The notes under the pieces: model-generated
What the model was told of the DNA's origin: nothing
The model's database searches: none
The model's input: the letters and a program-made list of their open reading frames with translations, nothing else
Virus record (IMG/VR): IMGVR_UViG_3300045107_000413
Location: 32,001-96,000 of that record
Direction: 5' to 3' (one strand)
DNA length: 64,000 bases
From: a virus
Shown: positions 50,332 through 60,667 of the stretch, piece by piece
How the letters are laid out: each line of letters opens with the position of its first letter
How positions within the stretch are numbered: position 1 is the stretch's first letter
Translations under genes and position numbers: made by a program

Positions 50332-50360
50332 ATAATACTACGGTCTGTCAATGGGGACAA
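50332..50360 (-). promoter_or_regulatory. Candidate promoter of the Ubl-Y RNA-TROVE-E1 operon
   Basis: TTGTCC-N17-TATTAT. Confidence 0.5.
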
Positions 50361-50509
50361 GGGATGGGACTTTTGGGCAAGAAGAAAGCCTGCTCATTGA
50401 TACCGGTGCGAACAGGCTCAGGAACACCGTTGAAAGGAAATTTCAATGGATACTGCGATCAGTGTTGTCCAAACCTCCCCAAAGAGGTTACTTGTAGTAT
50501 AGCACAGCC

Positions 50510-51022
50510 TTACCCCTCTGTCTGCCGTGCAGGCTTTGCGCGTTTGCGTGGCGTCGGCTGCTCAAGCTTCTCAAGGATGGTCAGGAGACGGGCGTCCATC
50601 TCCAAAATGCGCGCGTCCTGAGCATCTAAGTGGTGGACAATCTGCTCAATATCATGGTAAGAGCGCATCGTCGTATGATACTGCTCATCGGCCTGAAGTT
50701 CCTGATGGCGGGAGAGAACATTCTGGGAAACCATGATGACGGGCAAGAGCGTGAGTTGGATGAGCGTTTGGGAAGTCCACGCGACGAGGAGCGCCACCAC
50801 CGGCGGGAGAATGCCTAAAATACCGAGCAGGCCGACAAGGGCGAGCAGCACAAAGAGATAGGCGGTTGGCATCGTCCCAACGGTGGTTGTCAGCCAGAGG
50901 GCAAGGGTATCATTGAAACTCTGCCGCTCCTCTGCATGCATCTCATTGACGTTGACCGCCCGGTGAGGGTGTTGAGTATGCACATAGAGCGTCTTTTGCT
51001 TTTCTCTGTCTTCATGTTCCAT
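50510..51022 (-). CDS. DUF1003-like membrane protein
   Basis: SFNDTLALWLT..VGTM...QLTLLPVIMVSQN. Confidence 0.75.
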   Translation of the reverse strand: MEHEDREKQKTLYVHTQHPHRAVNVNEMHAEERQSFNDTLALWLTTTVGTMPTAYLFVLLALVGLLGILGILPPVVALLVAWTSQTLIQLTLLPVIMVSQNVLSRHQELQADEQYHTTMRSYHDIEQIVHHLDAQDARILEMDARLLTILEKLEQPTPRKRAKPARQTEG

Positions 51023-51263
51023 AGTCTATCCCTTCTAGTCGCTTCCATTCCTTGCCGTCAAGGTCATAGCGCCACTGATACCACGCCCGCACGGGCGGCA
51101 GATGCGCGTCTTCTGAGACGGCAGGGATAGCCGGGTGTTCCACCAGCACAAAGAGCGTCTGCTGTAGTGGCTGGTGTTCGATACTGAAGATGCGACACCC
51201 CTCCGGCAACTGCAATACCCGCGCTAACTCTGCATAGGAGAAGCGGATAGAGCCCTTGCTCAT
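51012..51263 (-). CDS. Hypothetical protein
   Basis: Co-oriented overlapping ORF. Confidence 0.5.
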   Translation of the reverse strand: MSKGSIRFSYAELARVLQLPEGCRIFSIEHQPLQQTLFVLVEHPAIPAVSEDAHLPPVRAWYQWRYDLDGKEWKRLEGIDYGT

Positions 51264-51439
51264 GCCTCACCTCACCACCAACGCCAGTACCAGCGCAATA
51301 AGGGCAAACAGGGCAAGGATACCGTAGATGACCGCCCGCAAGATGTCCCGCCTGACCCCTGCGCTGATGGCGATGTCCCCCGCCCGCACACAGACAAAGA
51401 GCAGGACAATCACCGGAAATTGCAAGAAATGGGTCATAC

Positions 51440-52048
51440 CTACCTCGCTTTCACCAGTTCCCAGAGTCGCTTGATATGCCGCGCATCATCTATTGCCCGG
51501 TGGAGTCCTGCTTCCTGTGGTGGCAGCATATCATCCGTGATCCCCTGCGCATCAAGGATAGCCTGAAGCTCATGAATATAGTGCGGCAAGCCAGCAGGAA
51601 CGTCTAGCATGGTGCCAAACACCTGAGCAAAGGCTACATAGTCATAGGCCGTAATCCAGCCCCGTAACTCAATACCTTCAGGGGTACCGGAGGAAAAACC
51701 GAAGAAGCCGAGAAGATCACGTCTCATTTGCGCCCGTGTGCGCCAGGGACAGCGATGACGCAGGCCGTAAATCTGGTCTACGCATTGCCCCTTCCTGTGC
51801 TGTGCTTGCGCGCCGTAGAGCGTTCCCAGAGAATAAAGCGGGCCGGGAGGTTGCTGGATATAGGGGCAAAGGTCAAGATGCATGATGACATTATCCTTCA
51901 CCCACTGGCTGGCTTTGTCGATGTTGAACTCGCTGGATTGCAGGTAGAGTTCGCGTCCATCCTCACACACAATGCCAATGCTTATCAGATCAACGGTTTT
52001 CCCGTCATCAATGAACTCGCTGTCCACATAATAGATCGTTCGCTTCAT
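51440..52048 (-). CDS. DEDDh 3'-5' exoribonuclease (Rv2179c-like)
   Basis: YVDSEFIDDG...LISIGIV...AYDYV...HRAIDDA. Confidence 0.85.
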   Translation of the reverse strand: MKRTIYYVDSEFIDDGKTVDLISIGIVCEDGRELYLQSSEFNIDKASQWVKDNVIMHLDLCPYIQQPPGPLYSLGTLYGAQAQHRKGQCVDQIYGLRHRCPWRTRAQMRRDLLGFFGFSSGTPEGIELRGWITAYDYVAFAQVFGTMLDVPAGLPHYIHELQAILDAQGITDDMLPPQEAGLHRAIDDARHIKRLWELVKAR

Positions 52049-52348
52049 TGCTTGCCCTCTTCCCGCGCAATCTCCCGCTCCGCCTCTTCATAGGAGACGC
52101 CTGCTATGCAGGCCCTCCGCTCAATGCCCTGCATCCGCGCCTTATACGCCAGTTGCCGGTTCACCTCATCGGCAACACGGCGCACGTCGCTCGGCGTAGC
52201 ATTCTGCACCGTCACAATGGTTGGTGCTACTGGCATATCGGCAAGGGCGCGGCGCACCTCTTGCCGGATGAACTGCCGGATAGCCTCCACCTGCTCAGCA
52301 GCAAAGGGTGACTCAGGGGATGGGGAATAGTCGTCTGTATCTGTCATT

Positions 52349-53020
52349 TCAATTCTCCAGATAGCCGTTGTGTAAAAAGCCATGATAGCGTTCCGTTGCA
52401 ATGCTTCCCACACCTGCGCCACAAGTTACCCCGGATTTGTCTACCGTGACAGTGGGGGCTTCACCGTGTCGTATCCAGCAATGGTGTTTCTCCTGTTTGT
52501 GGTCATCAGGCATGGTACAGTTGTTTGCCTGACTATCGATAGCCCAATCACCGCCGGGTGTTTTCACCATCAGGTTATGCTTGCCCTGTGGAACATGAAA
52601 CCGATCAAGCCAGGGTGCTTCCCACATCGCCCCGGCAGGAGCCTCCGCTATCGTCATTTCCTCTCCGGTATCCGCCCGTCGCCAGAGTTGCTCATCAAAG
52701 CGTTGCCATGCATCACTCTCCTGAAAAGCGTAGCCACAGGTACAGGTAAGCGGCCAGCGCGGGTCATCATGCGCTGGAATGGGCTTGAGGCCGTTGATGA
52801 TAGACCCCTCTTCATTGCGCTCTATTGGCTCTTCACACAACGGCGTACTGGCTGAGTGATAACTGTATTTGCCGGGATAAGCAGAGCAGCAGTCCGGTGT
52901 ATTGTTGCGGGAAAAACGGCGCAACTTGACCCTGACTCGCTCCGTCGGCTCCAACAGGAAACACGGAATACGTCCCATGCTATCCCCTTCCATATGAGCG
53001 ATGCTCACTATCATTTTCAT
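52349..53020 (-). CDS. Cys/His-rich hypothetical protein (start uncertain)
   Basis: PAGAMW...WAIDSQANNC...HHCW...YHGFLHNG. Confidence 0.6.
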   Translation of the reverse strand: MKMIVSIAHMEGDSMGRIPCFLLEPTERVRVKLRRFSRNNTPDCCSAYPGKYSYHSASTPLCEEPIERNEEGSIINGLKPIPAHDDPRWPLTCTCGYAFQESDAWQRFDEQLWRRADTGEEMTIAEAPAGAMWEAPWLDRFHVPQGKHNLMVKTPGGDWAIDSQANNCTMPDDHKQEKHHCWIRHGEAPTVTVDKSGVTCGAGVGSIATERYHGFLHNGYLEN

Positions 53021-53136
53021 TTGTCGGGTCGCCAGAGAGCCGCTTTGCTGCCAGAAGCAGCAGGAGCAGCGCCAGCCCGATCACTACGAATTTTCGTGAC
53101 TTTTGCAACATTGCCCCAAATTCATACCCAAAACCC

Positions 53137-53165
53137 TTGACAATTTCTAGCGTATGCGCTATAAT
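53137..53165 (+). promoter_or_regulatory. Consensus sigma70 promoter
   Basis: TTGACA-N17-TATAAT. Confidence 0.8.
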
Positions 53166-53232
53166 AAAACTATCAGAGGTGAGGCGATGGGCCTCCCCCA
53201 ACACCTAAACAACCAAATAAAGGAGGTCACAA

Positions 53233-53448
53233 ATGACCACATCCATCAAAAACCCTACTCTTATCATCACCATCCAGCCCCGGTGGGCAGGGAAGCGGGA
53301 CACCTACGAAACCTGCCTCTTCACCGCCGAGGAAATGGAGGAGAAGTTGGAGGAGAGCGGGCGCAAGGGAAATCTCTCCTGGGCCAGCATCACCCCCAAG
53401 AAGGGCGGGGAAACCCGGTACCTGTACTTCGACAGGTACCACTACTAA
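53233..53448 (+). CDS. Hypothetical protein
   Basis: AAGGAGG RBS; followed by a hairpin at about 53458-53490. Confidence 0.65.
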   Translation: MTTSIKNPTLIITIQPRWAGKRDTYETCLFTAEEMEEKLEESGRKGNLSWASITPKKGGETRYLYFDRYHY

Positions 53449-53511
53449 ATCCCCTTCAAGCCCCGGCAAACGCGCCGGGGCTTCTCTCTTTGCCCAAAGA
53501 AAGGATATCCC

Positions 53512-53712
53512 ATGAAACGCTACACCACCAGAGAAGCGGCAGAGCGGCTCGATATCGCCCCCGTCACCGTGCGCCGCCATATCGAGCAGGGGCATCTCTC
53601 CGCTGAAAAGTGCGGGCGTGACTACTTCATCACCGATGAGGAGTTGGCGCGCTTTGCTGCCATTACTCGCAGGCGCGGGCCACGCCCGAAAGGGTTGCCT
53701 GCTACTCAGTGA
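53512..53712 (+). CDS. Excisionase-like HTH DNA-binding protein (copy 2)
   Basis: Near-identical to 16-204. Confidence 0.8.
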   Translation: MKRYTTREAAERLDIAPVTVRRHIEQGHLSAEKCGRDYFITDEELARFAAITRRRGPRPKGLPATQ

Positions 53713-56700
53713 ACGGGTCATCAATGAACGGGACATCCACCACGCCCGTTGCCTGCTCATAGGCTTCCCAGTCATCCATACGCATATTCGTGCGCTGCTC
53801 TGCTGTAAGCGGCGGGCGTTGCCCCTTGCCGACACCTACGGGCCATCTGCGATAGCGGGCGGGCATCATGCCACTCATCGTTGGCACCTGTTTGGTGATG
53901 AGTTGGGTGAGGGCGGCTAACTCTTCCCTGCTGTACTGCTTTGTCTCACCGCCCGTCTGAAGCAATTCCTCAAAACTGGCGATATTATCAATTGCCATGC
54001 TGGAAACGGGCGTCACCGTGCGGCTAAAGGTGGTGGGACGGCCAAGCGGCATATCCTTGAGTTTGCCGACCGCCTCCAGCGTGGCGCGTACCTCGTTCTG
54101 CAAGCCTGCGAGCTTCGTGCGCGCCTCCCCCATTGCGCTGTCCACGGCTTTTGTGACGTTGGCGGTGATGATGTCCTGTGCGCTGACACCGGCAAAGGTC
54201 TGCTGGATTGCGGCCTTGATGGCATTGGAGAGTTCAGCAGAAGCGAGCATGGAGTAGTCGGGGCCTTCACCCATCTGTCGTGCCTCCGCCTGCGCTTCCT
54301 CGACCGTGGTGCCGTTGCCCTGGTGCGCCGTGCCATCGCCTGAGACACCCTTGCAGGCGTCAGGATGCATGGCGGCGACCATATCATGAATGCTCTGCAA
54401 CCGTTGCCGGTTCGTGGCATTGATTTCACGCCCCTCTTTGCGCTTGACCCCGTTGGCATCCATGCTGTAGAGGCCGTAGGGAGCCGCCTGTGCCTGACCT
54501 GCGCTCTCCTCATCGTCATCACTATCTGCGTCGAGGTCAGGCACGTGCATGAGGGTCATCAGGCCGTCCACGTAGCCGTCAATGCGCCCTGAGAGCATTT
54601 CCAGCGCGTCACTACACTCATCTAACTGCGAAAGCGTGGAGATGACCGTCTGCGCATCGGCGTCATTCTGCACGAGGTTGCATTTGGTGGCAAGCATGGC
54701 AGGGGTGACTTCCAGCAGGCCGAGGGACTTGCCGATGTCATTGTAGAGGCGCAGGGCCGCGTGCTGAATATCGGTGAGTGCGGGCGCAGCTTTGCCGGTC
54801 AAGGCCATTTCTTGCCCTTCTACAGGGCTTCCAGGGGCATGTGTGAGAGCCTTGCTCGCTGTGCGGGATTCGCACTTGTCACAGCAGTCACAGTCAGGCT
54901 TGCCCGTGCAGGCATCGCAGCAGCCACAGCCGACAGCTTTGGTAGCGTCTGGCGGGTCTATTGTCTTCTCCTCATCGCTATGGTGATCGTGCTGGCTATC
55001 ATTGGAATGCCGATGGACATGAGAGTGCTGGTTATCTCCTCCCTGGCTTGAGTATGCATGATGAGAATGCTCATGCTCACCAGTAAATGCAGCGTGAGAG
55101 CCGTCTTCATTGATCGTGACGCTGCCCGCCTTTGTCGTGTCTTCCTCCTCCACGATGTCCTGCCGGATGAGGGCCTCCCCATTCTCCGTATCCAACACAC
55201 CCTCTGCTTTGCTGGCAAGCCAGGGAATCCACCCGCCGCCGGACTCCTTCACGTAGAGGATGCCGCCATGCTCCTCCGTCTCAAAACCGAGCGCCTGCAT
55301 ACAGGCCGTTTCCTCAGCATAGAGGGCATCCATACTCTTGTCTTCCTTTTCCCACGGAACCACCCATTTCGGGTCGGGGGAAAATTCGCTGTTGATGCGC
55401 CCGTACATGGTTTTGACTTTTGCTTTCATCGCAGCGTCATCCCCGCCAAATTTGCCGCCGCCCATGCCCCCACTGAGTACGCCCGCACAGGCCCGGCAAC
55501 CAAGCGGGACAATCTTGGGAGAGCCATCTGAGACGTAGCAGAAGGGCATCTTGAAGCCGCTCTGCTTATCGCTATTGTCGGGGTCATACCAGAGGAAGCA
55601 CTGACGAGCCTTACTTGCCACAATGTCCCCATCATCATTCTTTGCCCAGGCGAATATCTGCTGCTCCGCTTTACTGCCTGTCCACTCTGTCTTTATGTCC
55701 ATGAGCGGCCATGAGGTTTTGCCCGATGCCGCCTTTGTACTATCCAGATCATCATTATCAAGGGATTGCTGCTCTACATCCATTGCGGTAGTATCCTGTG
55801 GAGTTGCTGTTTTCTGCTCTACGACATGCTGCGCTAAGAGGGAAGAGACTTCATCACGGGAAAGGGATTTCTTGGTACCGGTACCAGCGTCGAGGTAAAA
55901 GCCCTCTTCTCCATCGAGGGTATACATCACCCGCGCCGTCTGCGCGCCACGCGCCTTGATACGGGAGAGGTCGCTTTTCAGGCCATCACTGGTGATGTTG
56001 TCAACAATGGAGGCATAATCACGGGAGAAGAGGGACTTGAAGGCGGGGGCAAGTTGCTTTGCCGTCTCAGCATCACCATCTACCAGTGAGCGAGCAAAAC
56101 GGCCTTTGATCGCGTTCTCAACCCAACAGCGTTGATTCGCAGGCAAAGAGACAATTGAGAACTCAACGGCCTGTACGCGCTTGATGATAATGGGTGAGTT
56201 CGGGTCATTGGGGTCAGCAAAGTCCCATTCCAGTACCAGACAACCAACGGATGTTCCTAAGCGCAGTTTCGATTTGATGATGAGGTTATAGGCCCGTTCC
56301 GCCGGAGGATGGTCAACCGCCATTTCGGTTGCCAGCCAGAGATCAGCAATATGGTTTTGCAACTGAATCATGGGTTGCCCGTAGAGTTTGCCCATGATAT
56401 TGTCGAGGTTATACGAGTGATCAGAGAAGATCAAGAAATCAGGGTCAAGGTGCGTCATATCCTCTAATGCAGAGAGGGCCATGATGTCGCCTTGCAAGTC
56501 CATGATGGTAGAGGAGCCGCGCATCTGCACGATGGGGCGGCTCCTATCTGCATCTGGAATAGGGATAAGCCCGGCTGTCTTCATCGAGCCGGTATAAATG
56601 CTGAAGTCTGCGCCCACCAGTTTGCGGGACTGCGCAAACTCCCGCGAGAGTAAAGACGTATCTACCGCCACATTCACCACCACTTTCACTACCCACCACA

Positions 56701-56713
56701 TCCCATGTGGCAT
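53702..56713 (-). CDS. Prohead protease/scaffold fusion (start uncertain)
   Basis: DLQGD, FSDHSY, GTSVG, EFSIVSLPAN HK97-protease motifs; long acidic, His-rich and coiled-coil C-terminus. Confidence 0.8.
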   Translation of the reverse strand: MPHGMWWVVKVVVNVAVDTSLLSREFAQSRKLVGADFSIYTGSMKTAGLIPIPDADRSRPIVQMRGSSTIMDLQGDIMALSALEDMTHLDPDFLIFSDHSYNLDNIMGKLYGQPMIQLQNHIADLWLATEMAVDHPPAERAYNLIIKSKLRLGTSVGCLVLEWDFADPNDPNSPIIIKRVQAVEFSIVSLPANQRCWVENAIKGRFARSLVDGDAETAKQLAPAFKSLFSRDYASIVDNITSDGLKSDLSRIKARGAQTARVMYTLDGEEGFYLDAGTGTKKSLSRDEVSSLLAQHVVEQKTATPQDTTAMDVEQQSLDNDDLDSTKAASGKTSWPLMDIKTEWTGSKAEQQIFAWAKNDDGDIVASKARQCFLWYDPDNSDKQSGFKMPFCYVSDGSPKIVPLGCRACAGVLSGGMGGGKFGGDDAAMKAKVKTMYGRINSEFSPDPKWVVPWEKEDKSMDALYAEETACMQALGFETEEHGGILYVKESGGGWIPWLASKAEGVLDTENGEALIRQDIVEEEDTTKAGSVTINEDGSHAAFTGEHEHSHHAYSSQGGDNQHSHVHRHSNDSQHDHHSDEEKTIDPPDATKAVGCGCCDACTGKPDCDCCDKCESRTASKALTHAPGSPVEGQEMALTGKAAPALTDIQHAALRLYNDIGKSLGLLEVTPAMLATKCNLVQNDADAQTVISTLSQLDECSDALEMLSGRIDGYVDGLMTLMHVPDLDADSDDDEESAGQAQAAPYGLYSMDANGVKRKEGREINATNRQRLQSIHDMVAAMHPDACKGVSGDGTAHQGNGTTVEEAQAEARQMGEGPDYSMLASAELSNAIKAAIQQTFAGVSAQDIITANVTKAVDSAMGEARTKLAGLQNEVRATLEAVGKLKDMPLGRPTTFSRTVTPVSSMAIDNIASFEELLQTGGETKQYSREELAALTQLITKQVPTMSGMMPARYRRWPVGVGKGQRPPLTAEQRTNMRMDDWEAYEQATGVVDVPFIDDPFTE

Positions 56714-56941
56714 CCTACTTGACAGTATAGCTTATTTGCCCGCTTCCTGCGAGACCTCAATCACGCGCCAACTCGGATGTAACGCCTGCTCTGCTGACAC
56801 CAGGGAAACACTCAACACCTCAAAGTCCGTGATAACACGCACACCTTGCTCATTGACGTGGCTTTTCTGGCGCATGCCGCTCAGTGCCAATCCTACTTGT
56901 GGCGCATGCTGACGCCGATACCTGCGATGCGCTTTCATGTG

Positions 56942-57241
56942 CTAGTCCTCATCTAATGCCCGCTCATGACAGTTCGGGCATGTCCAATCCGCCATCTGTC
57001 GCTCCATCATAGTACGGTATTGCATATTCCTGATCTTCTTTGCCGCCCGTTCTACTTCACGAGCAATCACTTCCCGCAGTGAGATATGCTCCTGTTCTCC
57101 TTCACCATACGGCATGAGGGTATCGAGATCATCAGAAAGCAACTCGTCTTCCCAATTGAGCAAGAAGCGGAGCGGATTGTAACTCTTGCTCCAATAGTCA
57201 TCCTGCTGCCAGCCACACTGATGGCAATGAAGATAGGCCAT
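56942..57241 (-). CDS. Zn-ribbon hypothetical protein
   Basis: HCHQCGWQQDDYW...CPNC. Confidence 0.6.
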   Translation of the reverse strand: MAYLHCHQCGWQQDDYWSKSYNPLRFLLNWEDELLSDDLDTLMPYGEGEQEHISLREVIAREVERAAKKIRNMQYRTMMERQMADWTCPNCHERALDED

Positions 57242-57409
57242 TAGCCATTTCCCCCATCCGTGATCATACTATTCTCATCCTTGTGTAATGGCTCACAGGA
57301 CAGGAAAAGCCGGAGCAATGCCTGCTCAAACCGCTCACTACAGAGACGCTCTGGCGGTATCGGGTCATCCAGTGCATCATGGAGTTCCCGCAAAAGAGCT
57401 TTTCTCTTC

Positions 57410-57838
57410 TCATCCATTGCTGGTACCCTCTGTACTTGCACTCTCACTCCCCTCCTTCTTCCCGTTCGTCTTTGCCGGCGTCGGGTCAACACTCTCCCCA
57501 CTACCCGCATCAGCACTCACTGGCACACTTGCCGCCTCAGCACTCTCCAGCACGGCCTGCTCCGCTTCCGGTGGCTCGGTAGTGCTGGCAGGGGCAACGG
57601 CAGGAAGCTCCACCGTCTCCTCGAACATGAGGCTGTCCTGTGGGTGTTCGGGGTAGAACATGCGCGGCTCACTAGGGAACTGGATGAGCAGAGCAAGCGG
57701 GTCAGGGTCATAGGCGCGGGATGGGTCAAGCCGAAACGCGCAGGAGTAGACTGGCATGCCGTCCACCTCGATGAGAGAGTGCGTAAGCATGCCCTGGAAA
57801 TCAGATGCTTCAATGATTTTCGGATTGTTCAGTGTCAT
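57410..57838 (-). CDS. Hypothetical protein
   Basis: GGAGG RBS; co-oriented. Confidence 0.55.
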   Translation of the reverse strand: MTLNNPKIIEASDFQGMLTHSLIEVDGMPVYSCAFRLDPSRAYDPDPLALLIQFPSEPRMFYPEHPQDSLMFEETVELPAVAPASTTEPPEAEQAVLESAEAASVPVSADAGSGESVDPTPAKTNGKKEGSESASTEGTSNG

Positions 57839-58214
57839 GGGAATACCTCCATACTATCTTGTTCAGGACACTCATCGGATGCCTTCCGTGAATAGTGTGC
57901 AAGAAACCGCTCTGCTACCTGCATGCTCACTTCTCTTCCCCAGTCTTCCAGTTCCTCCCATGTCCAGAGAGGGGGAGCGCCAGGGCGCGGGACGGTCGCA
58001 AGAACCTCATTATACAGATCATGCAGCACCTTGCCATGCATTTCACGCTCATCCACGGTAATACCTCCACTACTTTACAAACAACAAACGGATTGCGCTA
58101 ATGACATGCTTCATATCAGCTAGCATGGCGGCTTTCAAGCGCATACAGGCAGCTTGCAGGTCACGCACCGCGCCATTGAAGGTATGCGTTCGCAGATATG
58201 CCTCAATTTCCTCA

Positions 58215-58775
58215 TCATTCATGCTTTGCCTCCAATGGTTCCAACACTTCCACATAAAACGGGCCGCGCACGCCCGCGCTATGCCGCTCTGCTCCAGCAA
58301 GGGCTAGCTCAAGCCGGATCAATGGCTTGAGGGTAGGGGTGGCATAGAGAACGCCGAGCGCCACATCTTCCCCACAGCCAACGGCATCATAGCCGTCAAG
58401 GGATTCTCCCACCTGATAATCTGCATCAATGGTGAAGAGGTGGCCTGCAATGCCTACCAGGAAATGCCCCGCCGACTCCTGCTCATTGTTTTTCTGTGCG
58501 TAGCCGCCAGATTTCAGGCATTCCCGCACCGCGTCAATGAAGGTGGTTGCCATGAAGCGTTCGAGGTCAACTGTACTGTCATATACTGGCGGCGTGAATG
58601 CAAAGCGGAGCAATTGCAGCATTCTAAACGAGGTGGTCGCCCCGAAGAGATAGCCGCCATTGTGAAACACCTTCCTGTCTTTACGGATGGTGAGGCTATA
58701 GCCACCCACGCCCGCGCTATCACCGCCGATGTAGACACGCCCATCGTCATCGATTAGCCCAACAATACATGTCAT
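58215..58775 (-). CDS. Proteasome-beta/HslV-like Ntn hydrolase
   Basis: N-terminal MTCIVG, GGDS, RKVF, AVGCG..ALG. Confidence 0.78.
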   Translation of the reverse strand: MTCIVGLIDDDGRVYIGGDSAGVGGYSLTIRKDRKVFHNGGYLFGATTSFRMLQLLRFAFTPPVYDSTVDLERFMATTFIDAVRECLKSGGYAQKNNEQESAGHFLVGIAGHLFTIDADYQVGESLDGYDAVGCGEDVALGVLYATPTLKPLIRLELALAGAERHSAGVRGPFYVEVLEPLEAKHE

Positions 58776-59016
58776 ACGCTTCTAATTATCCTCTTCTATG
58801 GCAAAATACGTCATCTCTCGATACAACGGTTCTCCCACCAGCATCTCCGTCCGTTCCCCTATCGGCACGACAATAGGAGACACTGGCATGATGTAGCCCT
58901 GCTGTGCCTGCACTATCCGGCGTAAGACGAGCGTCACCGACGGCGGGAGGGGAATGCATTGCCCGTCTTCAGTGCGTAGGGCAAGGGTTTCTGGCAAGTT
59001 CAGCATCATTTTCCTC

Positions 59017-59691
59017 TTATACCTGAACGATATCATAGCCATGCGGACAGCCGCCGTGAGCGGGCATTTCGGGCAATTCCGACCATTGTGACAGGTCAAA
59101 AAGCTGCCCTGCCACCTCAGCACAGATATCATTGCTGGCGGTGTCGGGGCTACACAAGATGGCGTAGTCACCGCCTTGAATAACTTCCCCCGTCTCGCTA
59201 TCTACGACATCTCCGCTCTCTACGTCCATGATAAACGCATCAGTCCCATCGTAGTTGCCCTGCCCGCACGTATAGTTTGCGACCTGTTTGCTCTTCCACA
59301 GAGCAAGCCCGCTCACAAATGCGCTTACCTTCCCCACCAGATCACGCACCGCCTCTCGCACACTGCCATAGAGATCAGCCCATCCCGCCGTAAGCAACCC
59401 CTTCTGCTGCTTCTCCACCTCTAATACCCGCTCTAAGAAATGCGAAAGAAGCGTCTGGTACGTCTCTGCAATGCTCTCTGCTGCCTTATGCGCTTGCTTT
59501 TGCGCCCGTTCAATGTCACGCTGAGATGGCTCCCAGATGGGAAGGGCATGGACGGTGTGCTGTGCTTTCCGGTAGGCGCGCTGCATGGCAGAGAGGCGCG
59601 CCGTTGCCAGATGACTGGCAAGGATGGTCACGTCCTGCTCGGTCATGGCATAGGCTTTCATGATAAGCGCAATCAAGGCAGCATCGGTCAT
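59017..59691 (-). CDS. Putative minor head morphogenesis protein
   Basis: Downstream of portal; C-terminal ICAE..GQ...PAHGGCPH. Confidence 0.6.
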   Translation of the reverse strand: MTDAALIALIMKAYAMTEQDVTILASHLATARLSAMQRAYRKAQHTVHALPIWEPSQRDIERAQKQAHKAAESIAETYQTLLSHFLERVLEVEKQQKGLLTAGWADLYGSVREAVRDLVGKVSAFVSGLALWKSKQVANYTCGQGNYDGTDAFIMDVESGDVVDSETGEVIQGGDYAILCSPDTASNDICAEVAGQLFDLSQWSELPEMPAHGGCPHGYDIVQV

Positions 59692-60667
59692 GGGTTATGG
59701 CTCCAGTTCCCCTTCTGCAAACGCCTGCTGAAATGCCTCTTGCTCCTGTGCTGGCATTTCTATCACCTCAACACCCTCATCAGTACGCAGGGCAATGCCA
59801 ATGCCATTCACACCCTGCATATGCAGCATCCTCATCAGTTCAGTGATGGCTTGCCGGTCGAAGTTGCCCTGAAAGATGAGCAGATATTTCCTGTCAGGTT
59901 TCAGTTCAATGACATTGGATACCGCCCGTAGTGGGTCGGTAGTCATATGCTCACTCACTCCTGTTCTCCTTCCTCGCAGCCAAAGCCGCCCTCTTCTGTC
60001 TCCCCTGCTGCGTATTGCTGCTTTGCGACCTCGGCCAGTTGCGCCAGGCCCGCCTGCACATGGGGCTTGCTCCACGTCTCATCCCATGTCTGTTCCTCCT
60101 CTCGTACCAGCCGTTGCAGCGTCTCCCGCTCTGCCTCTAGCCATGCCAGCAGATTGAGGGCGGCTTGCGGGGAGAGGTCAAGGATGCGCGTGCGACGGGC
60201 ATAAGCAGAGGCCGGAATGGTCAGTGTGACTTTCTGCCAGGAGCGCACGGTATGCGCGTCTCCATTGAACCTACCCCCATAATAGGCGTTATACTCGACT
60301 TCCAGGGGGCGTGTGTCATCACTGATGCGCGTCGTTTTGTGGTCAATCTCCTGCTGTAGCGGGATCATGCTGCCTCCCTACTATAGCCGTGTATCAGGGG
60401 AAGTCAGCACGTTGTCAATAGCCTGACATAAGGCATCTACCAATGCCAACTCATGCGCTGAGAGTTCCTGTTGCTCTGCGGGCAAGGAGAGCGAGAAGGT
60501 GACAACGACGCGCTTACTCACCTCCCCGTCACGCAGGGAATGTACACCCCGCCCCACCGCACCGACAAGGCGCATAGCTGAGGCTGTCTCTGTGGAAAAA
60601 GCGGTAGAGAGCCGCTCAATCTCTGCCTGTAGTTCATCTAGCCGTGTGGTTGCTTTCATGTCCATGC

